Part shown: positions 39,322 through 50,920 of the stretch, in pieces | Layout: each line of letters starts with the position of its first letter | How positions within the stretch are numbered: position 1 is the stretch's first letter | Assembly (NCBI RefSeq): GCF_009834535.1 | Contig: NC_045696.1 | Coordinates: 120,344,001 to 120,408,000, forward strand | DNA: 64,000 nucleotides | Direction of reading: 5' to 3' | Origin: Camelus ferus | Taxonomy: Eukaryota | Position numbers and translations under genes: made by a program | Notes under the pieces: model-generated | The model's database searches: none | What the model was told of the DNA's origin: nothing | The model's input: the letters and a program-made list of their open reading frames with translations, nothing else

Positions 39322-40556
39322 ACACACATATATACACCAAACTTCTTTATCCAGGCATCTGTCGATGGACATTTAGGTTGTTCCCATGTCTTGGCTATTG
39401 TAAATAGTGCTGCTATGAATACTGGGGTACATGTATCTTTTCAAATTAGTGTTTCCTTCAGATACGTGCCCAGGAGTGGGATTGTTGGGTCATAGAGTAA
39501 GTCTGTTTTCAGTTTTTTAAGGAATCTCAATACTATTTTCCTTAATAGCTACACCAAACCAGATTCCCACCAACAGTGTAGGTGGTTTCCCTTTTCTCCA
39601 CACTCTCTTCAGCATTTATCATTTGTGGACATTTTAATGATGGCTATTCTGACTAGTGCAATGTGATACCTCATTGTAGTTTTGATTTGCATTTCTCTGA
39701 TAATTAGTGATATTGAGCATTTTTTCATGTGCCTATTGGCCATTTATATGTCTTCACTGGAGAAATGTTTAGGTCTTCTGCCCATTTTTGGATTAGGTTG
39801 TTTGTTTTTTTGTTATTAAGGTGTATGAGCTGTCTATATATTCTGGAAATTAAGCCCTTGTCAGTTGTATCATTTGCAAATATTTTCTCCTGTTGCGTAG
39901 GTTGTCGTTTTGTTTTGCTTGTGGCTTCCTTTGCTGTGCAAAAGCTCATAAGTTTAATTAGGTTCCATTTGTTAATTTTTGCTTTTATTTCTATTGCCTG
40001 GGTAGACTGCCTTAGGAGAACATTGCTAATATTTATGTTACAAAAACGTTTTGCCTGTGTTTTCTTCTAAGAGGTTTATAGTGTCTTGTCTTATATTTAA
40101 GTCTTTAAGCCATTTTGAGTTTATTTTTGTGGATGGTGTGAGGGAGTGTTCTAACTTCATTGATTTACATGTAGTTGTCCAGCTTTCCCAGTACCACTTG
40201 CTGAAAAGACTATCTTTTCTCCATTGTATATTCTTGCCTCCTTTGTCACAGATTTATTGACCATAGGTCTGTGGGTTTATTTCTGGGCTCTCTATTCTGT
40301 TCCATTGATCCATATGTCTGTTTTTGTGCCAGTACCACACTGTTTTGATTACTGTAGCTCTGTAGTGTTGTCTGAAGTCTGGGAGGGTTACTCCTCCAGC
40401 TTCATTCTTTCCCTTCTGTATTGCTTTGGAGGCCTCCACTCTTATGATCTCATTTAACTTTAATCACATCCTTAAAGGCCCTGTCTTCAGTATAGTCACA
40501 TGGGGGTAGGGGCTTCAACAAATGAGCTTGTGGGGAACACAATTTGGTCAATAGCA
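38369..40556 (-). mobile_element. MLT1A-type MaLR LTR split by a 1.8-kb L1 insertion (38619-40429)
   Basis: MLT1 motifs (atttattttctcacagctctggaggctgagaaatccaagatc; gggcttcaacaaatgag) on both sides; L1 TSD aggcctccattctt (38605-38618) / aggcctccactctt (40430-40443). Confidence 0.85.
39269..39318. repeat. (TG)25 microsatellite inside L1
   Basis: Directly visible. Confidence 0.95.
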
Positions 40557-41179
40557 GAGGGTATCATTATCAATGTAATCACAGGAAAGAGCCCTATAAA
40601 TCTGCATTTGGCAAGCATGTCTATGCATTATTATCAGCTGGCTATTTACTGACAATTCCATAGTCCAGCCCACACCCCGCATCAGTTTAATTACATTCTC
40701 TGGGGTTTAGACACAGGCATCCATATTTTAGGGAAGCTCCATAGGTGGTTCCAGTGTGCACACAAGTTCGGGAAACACTGCCATCAATCCTGATCGAACC
40801 AGTCTTGCTAGATACTTCAAGGCAGTTAATGGCTGAAAGTGATAAGGTTAGCAGAAATAAGAGGATTATTGTCAAGTGAGCATTACCAATACCTTTCTTG
40901 TTTACTGTCACTTTTCATAATTTCTTTCCTTGGGAAGTTTTCTCCATTTTCCTATTTAATTCTGTATCATACTTACAGAAGTAGATGATGCCTTTAATCA
41001 TTTCCCTTGGAGAGATCTAGTCAACAGCTTGATTTGGTGACTTAGACAGCCCTGCTCCTTGAAGTCAGTCTGAGAATCTTCAGAATATGTCAGTTTGACT
41101 TCTTAGAATTATGGGAGGTTAGAATTTGAAAATTGGGGTGGCTTTAGAAATCACCGAGTTATTCTGTATCTTTCTAAAG

Positions 41180-41208
41180 ATAAGGAAAGGAAAGCCAGAG
41201 ACATCTGA
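41180..41208 (+). CDS. COL6A5: Candidate alternative last coding exon of COL6A5, (D)KERKARDI*, inside a MIR-like sequence
   Basis: tctttctaaAG acceptor, phase 1 compatible with exon ending 34484; peptide resembles the recalled human isoform end DKEMEATDI; acceptor is the weaker AAG type. Confidence 0.45.
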
Positions 41209-41709
41209 AGTGTTTCACCAAAGAACATTCACAGCACCCAGCCCAGTACTGTCTCATCACAACGATTTATACTCTGTATAAATCTTGTCCCCAAAAGGGA
41301 GATAATAAAGCTTATCTCTCGGTGGTTGGAAGGTTGGAGACGATACCCATGATGCTCAGAAACAGAGTGTGCCTGCTACATAATCAACTAGTCTATCCCT
41401 ATACGATTTACCTAGATCTGGTAATGTGTTTGACTATTAAAAATAAAAATCCATTATGAAGACTGATCAGCCTTTATATTGCTTTTCTTCTCTTTTATTT
41501 TCCCAAAGAGAGTGGGCTTTTCTCTTCACCTGCCTTTTCTTCTGATATTCTCACTTTATCCCTGCACTTAATATACACATTTTCTGTTTGCTCGTTATAA
41601 TGTACATTTGCAAGATTTTAATGTACATTTTAAAAAAGTGTAATGCTATTCCTTTTTCCATTATGCCAACCCAGCACTTTTTTCTTAGTCTTTATTTTTC
41701 CAGCATCAA

Positions 41710-41868
41710 GTTCAGCGTTCCTCGAAGTGTGGTTCCTGGACCAGTAACATCAGCATCATCTAGGGATGCATTAGAAATGCAGGTTCTTAGATTCCACCAC
41801 AGAGCTGCTGACTCAGAAACTTGGGTGGGGGCCTCCAGAGGATTCTGACGTTGGCTAGAGCTTGCAGT
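41710..41868 (+). mobile_element. MER5A
   Basis: aagtgtggttcctggaccagtaacatcagcatcatctaggga...agaaatgcaggttct. Confidence 0.75.
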
Positions 41869-42229
41869 ATAACACTAACCTAGTGTTATACATACTGAGT
41901 CTAAATTCGTCTTCTTAAAGGGGATCTTGTCGCAAGATGTTAATAAATATTTGGGAAAAAATATTTTTCTGTGGAACACTAATGAGTAGGTGTCATTTTT
42001 ACAGGACTTGTCAGTGACTCTAATGGGCTAATGTTCATTGTGATTCTGAGACAAAGGCTAATAGACCAATTTGACCATAGCATCTTATATCAGGGAGCAT
42101 CTTATTGGGCTAATGTTTTAGAGAAACCACTTTGGGAAACAGCAGTTGAAAGAGTGAATCTAAGGGTCAGACATGGATTTGAGTCATATTTCTGCAATTA
42201 CTGGTTATTTTATCTGGGCACATCATTTT

Positions 42230-43246
42230 TTTTAACGTTTTTTTATCAAGTTAGTCAATAAAATGACAATATGTCAAAATGACAGTGTTTATAGTCAAAA
42301 AATTGGCAATGTTGTGTCAATTTCTGGTGTACAGCACAATTTTTCAGTCATACATGAATACACATATATTCATTTTCATATTCTTTTTCACTGTGAGCTA
42401 CTACAAGATCTTGAATTTATTTCCCTGTGCTATACAGTATAAACTTGTTTATCTATTCTATATATACCTTTCAGTATCTACAAATCTCAAACTCCCAGTC
42501 TGTCCCTTCCCACCCACCTCCCCCCGGCAACCACAAGTTTGTATTCTACATCTATGAGTCTGTGAGTCTGTTTCTGTCCTATATTTAAGTTCATACGATG
42601 TCATCATCGTCGTCGTCGTCGTCGTTTTCTCCTTCTCCTTCTCCTTCTTTTTTTTTTAGATTCCACTTATGGTATTTTTCTTTCTCTTTCTGGCTTACTT
42701 CACTTAAAATGACATTCTCCAGGGACATCCATGTTGCTGCAAATGGCATTATGTTGTCATTTTTATGGCTGAGTAGTATTCCATTGTATAAATATACCAC
42801 AACTTCTTTATCCAGTCATCTGTCAGTGGAAATTTAGGGTGTTTCCGTGTCTTGTCTGTTGTAAATAGTGCTGCTATGAACATTGGAGTGCAGGTGTCTT
42901 TTTGAAGTAGGGTTCCTTCTGGATATATGCCCAGGAGTGGGATTCCTGGGTCATATGATAAGTCTATTTTTAGTCTTTTGAGGAATCTCCACACTGTTTT
43001 CCATAACAGCTGCACCAAACTGCATTCCCAGCAGCAGTGAAGGAGGGTTCCCTCTTCTCCACACCCTCTTCAGAATTTATCATTTGTGAACTTTTGAATG
43101 ATGGCCATTCTGACTGGTGTGAGGTGATACCTCATTGTAGTTTTGATTTGCATTTCTCTGATAATTAGTGATATTGAGCATTTTTTTCATGTGCCTATTG
43201 GTCATTCATATGTCTTCATTGGAGAATTGCTTGTTAGATCTTCTGT
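42230..43246 (-). mobile_element. ~1-kb young L1 3' fragment inserted in a MIR
   Basis: Perfect TSD tgggcacatcatttt (42215-42229 / 43247-43261); ORF2 C-terminal ORF. Confidence 0.92.
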
Positions 43247-44407
43247 TGGGCACATCATTTTACCACTCTGAGCTTCCATTTCCCTGTCTGTAGGCTAATG
43301 TGAGCAGTAAACGAATGTGAACAGCAATTTGCACAGAGTGAAAGCGTAATAAACGTGAGCTGTTGTTGGAGGTGGTGATGGTAATGACGATGATGTGGAT
43401 GGCCATGGCGGAAGGAGGGACAAACTGGGAATGAGGAGACCCAGATACTAGTTTAGGTTCTGTCACTAACTAGCTTCGTGGTCATGAAAAGTCACCTCAT
43501 GGCCCTCGTCCTCAACCTTCTTATGTGAATAAGGAGTCGCTTGGGCAAAGCCACTGTTTTTTATGCTGGGAGATGTGAGGGACATGTGGAGACTTTCAAA
43601 TACGTGGATTTCAAATGCGAGGACTCTGCCTGAGGATGCCTGTGTCTGAGTGATCCTGGAGCTCTCCTTTCCTGCGTCTCCTTTTACAAAAGCCCCCCAA
43701 CCCCCGGTTCACACAAAAAGTGGCATATTTCTCAGCCATCCCACGCCTTCTCATGGTGCTTCGCCCAGATGTAAAACCCTGTTGAGGAGGCACAGGATGG
43801 GAAGTGGGGGGCATGTTGTCAAACAGAGCGTCATTTTAAATGTTAGATCCATAGGCCTCCTCTAAGCCAAACGGGACTTCAGGTCTTTCCCATCCTGTAC
43901 AGGTTTATGGCACAGAAATGTGTGTTGCTCGAACTTGGGTATTTGAACTCATACCAACTCACGTATGGTAAAGAGTGAACATGAGAGGAGTTATGACAAA
44001 TTTCATTTAGCAATCTGGCCTGTTCTATCTCCCAGCTCTTAGCAAAGGATGCATCTCTCCTGAGTGACAATTCTGCAGGAGCAAAGCAAAGAGGATATAA
44101 AAGAAATACTGATGGAGAGCAAGTATTGCATCATCAGATCAAAAAAAAAAAAAATCATAGTGACGTCCTTAGTCATTTACCTGTCTTGGAATAAAGTCAC
44201 AGGACGTCATGACAGAGACCCTTAGTAACATACTTATTTCAATTAGAAGATGAATTCAGATTCTTTCTAAGGCAGAAATTGGTTTTCTAGTAAGAACTTA
44301 TTCTGCCAATTAGGCTATGTGGGGATATGTCCCATAACATGAGTGAAGTAAGTGGCAGCTTCAAAATATATAAAGCAGATTGTAAGAAATACAGTTTCAT
44401 CAAAGAA

Positions 44408-47400
44408 TATAGTCATAGTGCACATGTCCAATGTGCTTATTTATTATATAACTGGACGTTTGTACCTCTTAATTCCCTTCATCTGTGTCACCTAGGACCA
44501 CCCTCTCATCCCAATGCTGCCACGATCTGTTCTCTGTATCTTTGTTTTCACTTTGTTTATTTTTATTTTTAGACTCCACATATGAAATCATGTGGCATCT
44601 TTCTCTGTCTAACTAGTTTAACTTAGCAATACCCTCTAGATCCATCTATGTTATCACAAATAGTGAGATTTCATTTTTATGGCTGAGTTATATTCCATTA
44701 TATCTCTGTATGCACCACATCTTCTTTATCCATTGATCTATCAGTAGACACATGGGTTCCTTCCATATCTAGGCTATTGTAAATAATGCTGCATTGAACA
44801 ATGGAGTGTATAGATTTTTCAAATTAGTATTTTGTGTTCTTAGAGTAAATAGCAAGAAGTGAAATTGCTGGATCATATAGGAATTCTGTCTTTAATTGTT
44901 GAGGTACATCTATATTGTTTTCCATAGTGGCTACAACCATTTACAGTCTCACTGGAAGTGCACGGCCCGAGGTTTCCCTTTTCTCCACATCCTCACCGAA
45001 ACTTATGTGGTAACTTTTTGATGATGGCTATTCTGACAGATGTGAAGTGGTATCTCTTTGTGGTTGTGATTTGGGTTGTGTTTCCATTTTCATTTGTCTC
45101 CAGATATTTTTTAAATTTTCCTCTTTGATTTCTTTAGGGATCCATTGGCTGTTTAGCAACACGTTGTTAAGACCTCATGTGTTTTTTGGTTTTGTTTTTT
45201 TTTTTTGCAGTTTTTCTTATGGTTGATGAAGTCGATGATCTCTTAAGTTGGAACACATTTTAAAAACCCTTCATTTTTTTAAAAAAAATTTTTTATTGAT
45301 TTATAATTGTTTTACAATGTTGTATCAAATTCCAGTGTAGAGCACAATTTTTCAGTCATACATGAACATATATATATTCATTGTCACATTTTTTTCTCTG
45401 TAGGCTGCCATAAGATCTCGTGTATATTTCCCTGTGCTATACAGTATAATCTTGTTTATCTATTCTACAATTTTGCAATCCTGTCTATCCCTTCCCATCC
45501 TCCGTCCTCTTGGCAACCACAAGTTTGTATTCTATATCTATGAGTCTATTTCTGTTTTGTATTTATGCTTTGTTTTTGTTGTTTTTGTTTTTTAGATTCC
45601 ACATATGAGTGATCTCATGTGGTACTTTTCTTTCTCTTTCTGGCTTACTTCACTTAGAATGACATTCTCCAGGAGCATCCATGTTGCTGCAAATGGCATT
45701 ATGTTGTCGGTTTTTATGGCTGAGTAGTATTCCATTGTATAAATATACCACTTCTTCTTTATCCAGTCATCCGCTGATGGACATTTAGGCTGTTTCCATG
45801 TCTTGGCTATTGTAAATAGTGCTGCTGTGAACACTGGGGTGCAGGTGTCTTTTTGAAGTAGGGTTCCTTCTGGATATATGCCCAGGAGTGGGATTCCTGG
45901 GTCATACGCTAAGTCTCTTCCTAGTCTTTTGAGGAGTCTCCATAGTGTTTTCCACAGTGGCTGCACCAAACTGCATTCCCACCAGCAGTGTAGGAGGGTT
46001 CCCCTTTCTCCACAGCCTCTCCAGCATTTGTCATTTGTGGATTTTTGAATGATAGCCATTCTGACTGGTGTGAGGTGATACCTCGTTGTAGTTTTGATTT
46101 TCATTTCTCTGATAATTAGTTATATGGAGCATTTTTTCGTGTGCCTATTGATCATTTGTATGTCTTCCTTGGAGAATTGCTTGTTTATGTCTTTTGCTCA
46201 TTTTTGGATTGGGTTGTTTGGTTGTTTCTTATTAAGTCATATGAGCTGCTTATATGTTCTGGAGATCAAGCCTTTGTCGGTAAAAACCCTTCATTTTCAC
46301 TCCCTCTGACACATTTAAGGTTTCGACATCTTTGCATCTTTTGTTCTGTGCATTCCTCAACTACTTATTGTGGATATACACACTATTTCTATTTTTGTAT
46401 CTTAACCTGCCTACTAGCTTTCTAAGTGATTGATCTACTATGTTTACTGTATGTTTGCCTTTATCATTGAGATTTTTCCTTTTGTAGCTTTCCTATTTCT
46501 GGGTATGGTCTTTCTTTTTTTTTTTTTTTCCATTTGGAAAAGTCCCTTTATCATTTCTTACAAAGTTTGTTTAGTGATACCAAACACTTTTAGCTTTAGC
46601 GTCTGTGCAAAACTCTTTTATCCCTCCTTCAAATCTGAATGGCAGTTTTGCTGGGCAGTGTGTTCTTGGTTGTAGGTTTCTTCCTTCCATAACTTGGAGT
46701 ATTGTGGCCTACAGAATCTCTGGTGCAGTCTGTTGATTGCATTATGGAGTTTCCCTTGTGTGTAACTAGTTGCTTTTTTCTTGCCTCTTTTAAGATTCTC
46801 TCTTTATCTTTAATTTTTGCCATTTTAATTATGATTTGTCTTGGAGTGGACCTCTTTGGGTTCATTTTGATTGGGACTCTCTGTGCTTCCTGGACCTGGA
46901 TATCTGTTTCCTTTCCCAGGTTAGGGAACTTCAGATAAGTTCTCTGCCCCTTTCCATCTTTCTCCTCTCCTTGGAACTGGTATAATGCAAATGTTAATAT
47001 GCTGGATGTTGTCCCAGAGGTCTCTTAAACTATTCTCACTTTTTAAAATTCTTTTCCTTTTCAGCTGGGTGATTCCACTACTCTGTTTTCCAGTTCTCTG
47101 ATCTATTCCTCTGTATCATCGAATCTACTGCTGATTCCTTCTAGTATATTTCTATTTCACTCATTATATTCTTCAGTTATGGTCTTCTTTATATTTTCTA
47201 AGTTTGTTAAAATTCTCACTGTGTTCATCCACTCTTCTCTCAAGTTTATTGAGCATCTTTATGATCATTACCTTGAACTCTTGATCAGGTAGATTGTTTA
47301 TCTCCATTTAGTTTTTTTTCCCTGAGGTTTTTGTCTTTCTTCATTAAGAACATACTCCTCTGCCTCCTCATCTTACCTGATTCTCTTTGTTTATTTCTAT

Positions 47401-48390
47401 GCGTTAGTCGGGCGTTGTATTTGCTGGTCTTGGAGAGTGGCCTCATGTAGGAGACGTCCTATGTGGCCCAGCAGCACACTCCCCTCTGGTCACCAGAGCT
47501 GTTGCTTTAGGGGTGCCCCCTGTGTGGGCTACATGGTCCCTTCTGCTGTATTGGGGCTGAATGCTGTGGGTGTGCTGGTAGGCGGGGGTGGCCACCAGCC
47601 GGCTGGCTGCCAGGGCCCGCTTTGTGTGTCTGCTGGGCGGGGCTGGGTCCTGGTGCGGCTGGCTGCAGGGCCCGGGGAGGGGTTGGTCCCGGGGCTGGTG
47701 CAGGCCCGTTGGTAGGTGGGTAATCCCCTGGCACTCACAGGCCAGAGGGAGGCCTCCGAAGCATGCTTTGCCAGCAGTGTCCTCAGGGTTGAAGGAGCTC
47801 CCAGAAATGGCTACTGCAGTGTCTGTGACCCCAGGGGGTGTCCCCATTGCCTCCTGTCTCTCCAGGAGGCTCTCCAAGATCAGCAAGTGGGTCGGACCCA
47901 CGCTCCTTTCAAATCTCTGTGTCTGTGCGGGGTCTCCGAGTATGTGAGTTTTGCACATCACCTTTAAGGACAGAGTCTGTTTCCTGTCGCCCTCCGGCTG
48001 TCCTGTACACACGCCCCGCTGGCTTCCCAAGCCAGCTGTTCTGGGCGCTTGTCTTCCCAGTGTAGGACCCCTCCTGAACTGGGAAGGCCAGTCTGGGATT
48101 CAGCCCTTCATTCCCTGGGGAGAGCCTCTGTGATTGTGATTTTTCTCCAATTTGTGGGTCACCCACCCAGGGCTGTGGGTCTTGAATATACCACATCTTC
48201 AGCCCTCCTACCCGTCTCTTTGTAGCTCCTTCTTTATATCTTTTTATTTAGTTGTGAAACTCTTCTCTGCTGGTCTTCAGGTCATCATCATGGATCGTTC
48301 TCTGTAAGTAGCTGTCATATTGGTGTGCTCGGGGCAGGTGGGGAGGTGAGCTCAGGGTCTTCCTGCTCCACCATCTCGGCTGCACCTCTC
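44408..48390 (-). mobile_element. L1-derived element with GC-rich 5'UTR, ORF1 and largely deleted ORF2 (half-L1-like), interrupted by a young L1
   Basis: 5'UTR about 47430-48390; ORF1 peptide [31 protein letters not shown] (46629-46865); only short ORF2 pieces before the 3'UTR. Confidence 0.7.
45278..46280 (-). mobile_element. Young ~1-kb L1 3' fragment
   Basis: Perfect 17-bp TSD taaaaacccttcatttt (45261-45277 / 46281-46297); uninterrupted 170-aa ORF2 C-terminus. Confidence 0.95.
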
Positions 48391-48861
48391 GTGTTTACTT
48401 TATAACTGGACATTTGTACCACTTAATCCCCTTCACCTATCCCCATCACCACCACCACCACCACCACCAGGACCCACTAGTTTATTCTGTGGATCTATGA
48501 GTCTGTTTGGTTATGTTTGTTCATTTATTTTATTTTTTCGATTCCATGTAACAAGGGAAATCATATGGTATGTTTACGTGAATAATGGTGGTTATCAAAT
48601 CACGGTGATATTTAGATTCCATTAGGTAAATTAAATGGGAAATGTGGAAGTTTTGTTTTTACAGTGTCACAAGTTACATCCTTTCTAACTATTTTAACTC
48701 ATCATTTAAAAAAGTCAAATATTATTTAACTTTAAAGAATACAAGAAAAGAGCACATGATTTTTTTCCTTTGGTGGGAGATGTAAGCAAAAGTATCTGAA
48801 GACAAGTCAGCAGGATCATCTTTCAGATCCTGTTTTGAACCAGGTTCCCCAGAGCCAACCC

Positions 48862-49002
48862 TGTATGTAGGTTTTGTGGGGGTGGGGAGGAGGTAGTTAG
48901 GTTTCATTTATTTGTTTATTTAATGGAGGTACTGGGGATTGAACCCAGGACCTTGTGCTTACTAGGCACACACTCTACCACTGAGCTATACCCTCTCCCC
49001 AG
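48862..49002 (-). mobile_element. tRNA-Ala-derived SINE with 15-bp TSD
   Basis: TSD ccccagagccaaccc (48847-48861) / ccccatagccaaccc (49003-49017). Confidence 0.9.
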
Positions 49003-49765
49003 CCCCATAGCCAACCCCGAGTTGGGGATTCACATGTCTGTGACTTACTGCCATGGCGCTCACTCAGGGTAGAACCAGGAGGGGATGGTGGCAGCGAGAT
49101 GGGAGCAGTGGATGCAGACAGGGGCGTCATCTCAGGCAAAGGACCACAGAGGGCAGCTTCAGCTTGCTCTTGCCAGGCACTCAGGCGTGTGAGTGATGCT
49201 ACAGTGTCGTCCCAACCTGAGGCTTTCTTACTCCCTCATAGGTCATTGCTGGGTCAAGGGCTGCCCCAGGTAGGCTCTGAACTCCCAGGGACTCCCGCTG
49301 TGTGTGGTTAAAGCCACTCTTGTAGCTGGATGGCATCCCTCCAAAGAAGAAGAATAGGCGCTGATGCTGGAGGCCAAAGCTCACGTGGGGGTGATCGGGG
49401 AGGGGTGCGGCAGAGGGATGAGGGGAAAAGGAAGGTGGTTCTAGATATTAATGATAAAAAAAAGATCAGAGGGATTCCAGATAGTCCTTCTAGCTGCATC
49501 AATGGTACCAGCCACTAAATGTGCTAAGTATCAGGTTTCAGATCACCGGTGTACCTGGGTTTTCCTAGGAACAGATGTGTCTACACCTCTTGTATGTTGT
49601 TCATTTCTATCTGGAATCACATCACTCTTTTATTATGGCTATTGAAAATGGCAAAACCGTGCATGTTTTATTTCTTATGTGGCATAAAAAAGGAGGAGGC
49701 TCAAGAGGGAACATTTTTTAACAAATCCTGTGACATTAAGAGCAATGCATATTTCTACTTTGCAG

Positions 49766-49785
49766 ATGCTGAGGACACAAGATGA
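49766..49785 (+). CDS. COL6A5: COL6A5 terminal coding exon: (D)AEDTR*
   Basis: Acceptor tttctactttgcAG; phase 1; TGA at 49783-49785; resembles recalled mammalian end DGEDTRSS. Confidence 0.8.
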
Positions 49786-50555
49786 TCAGAGCAGGAAAGA
49801 ATGTAGCTCCACGTGGCTCTCACCAGAAAGTTTAAATCATCTATTAGAGGTAGAGTGGTAAGTGGCAGAAATTTTTCATGAAAACAGTTGGCTAATAACA
49901 TGCCAATTTGTTCTGTTTCGAATTTGAAGGAAAGACTTTTCTGAGTGAGGACTTCAATGAGCAGATCCAAGAAACTAGGAATGATTTTATTTCTTCCAAG
50001 AATTGGGACAATGGACCGTGAAGGATTAACTGAATCTTTTCTTTGACAACTCTGTGCCGGGCATCAATGGTGATGATGTATCTGACTAAAGCATATATTT
50101 GCCCTAATTTTCATCACATCTGTATCTCAAATTGGACTCGAGTAGAAGGCACTGAGGTTCAGCATCTCCTAAGAATGTCTTCAGTCTATTCAGAGAAATA
50201 GAAAGCCACGCCCATGTCTTATTTCCAGTGTGACCCTAATGGTGCATTTAAAACCGATTGCTCTGTAAACCCCCCATCAGGCTACTAACATTATAGTCAA
50301 TGCCTGCTCTTCACAGGATGTTTACAAAAGAATGGAACTTGTAAGAAAGAAAAAATGAGACAAGGCTCATTTTATGCACTGCTGCTTTGTGCTGTGATCA
50401 TCTGTTTTAGCATGCTTTGCTTTGCGGGTATTTGATTTTGCTGCAAACAAAACAAAACGTATGGAAAAGCATGAACATACGACCAGAACTGTTCCTGGGA
50501 ATTAGCAAGAGACGAGTTCTACAATAAAGGCAAGCCTGAGCTGGGCGTTGGCTCT
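49786..50555 (+). other. COL6A5: Probable COL6A5 3' UTR (end approximate)
   Basis: Repeat-free sequence between the stop codon and AATAAA. Confidence 0.65.
50523..50528 (+). terminator. Polyadenylation signal AATAAA (secondary ATTAAA at 50603-50608)
   Basis: Canonical hexamer followed by GU/U-rich sequence (gttggctctgttcatttttcc). Confidence 0.65.
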
Positions 50556-50877
50556 GTTCATTTTTCCTTACCTGTCGTCTAACTCAGACCCACTGGAACA
50601 GGATTAAACATATTCGGAAAATATACATATACGTATAAAGTCAAATAAGCCAATAGTGAATTGATTTTAAAAATCACTCAACTTGGTTAAGGCAGCAAGT
50701 AACTGCCAAGTCAATGAGTATATATTGTGTGTTTAAAAAATGACTATGCTAATGGCATGATACTGAAGGCAATTTTATATTTTTCCCACATAATTTTCCT
50801 TAACATTACTCGTTTGTTTGAATAATTTTAAAATGACTCAGTCAATTAATTCTAGACTGTCAAACATCTGAAAGTAG

Positions 50878-50920
50878 CCTGGGTTCAATCCCCAGTACCT
50901 CCATTAAAAAAATAAATAAG
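50878..50920 (+). mobile_element. 5'-truncated tRNA-Ala SINE
   Basis: cctgggttcaatccccagtacctccattaaaaaaataaat. Confidence 0.75.

Noticed and set aside
42595..42655. Poly-Asp/Ser and (EG)n ORF segments
   Set aside because: Simple repeats expanded in an L1 3'UTR, not coding
47437..48196. Cluster of overlapping ORFs up to 195 aa
   Set aside because: GC-rich L1 5'UTR with few stop codons; no recognisable protein
2277..48390. Excess of antisense L1 insertions in the introns
   Set aside because: Well-known general orientation bias in mammalian introns; not locus-specific
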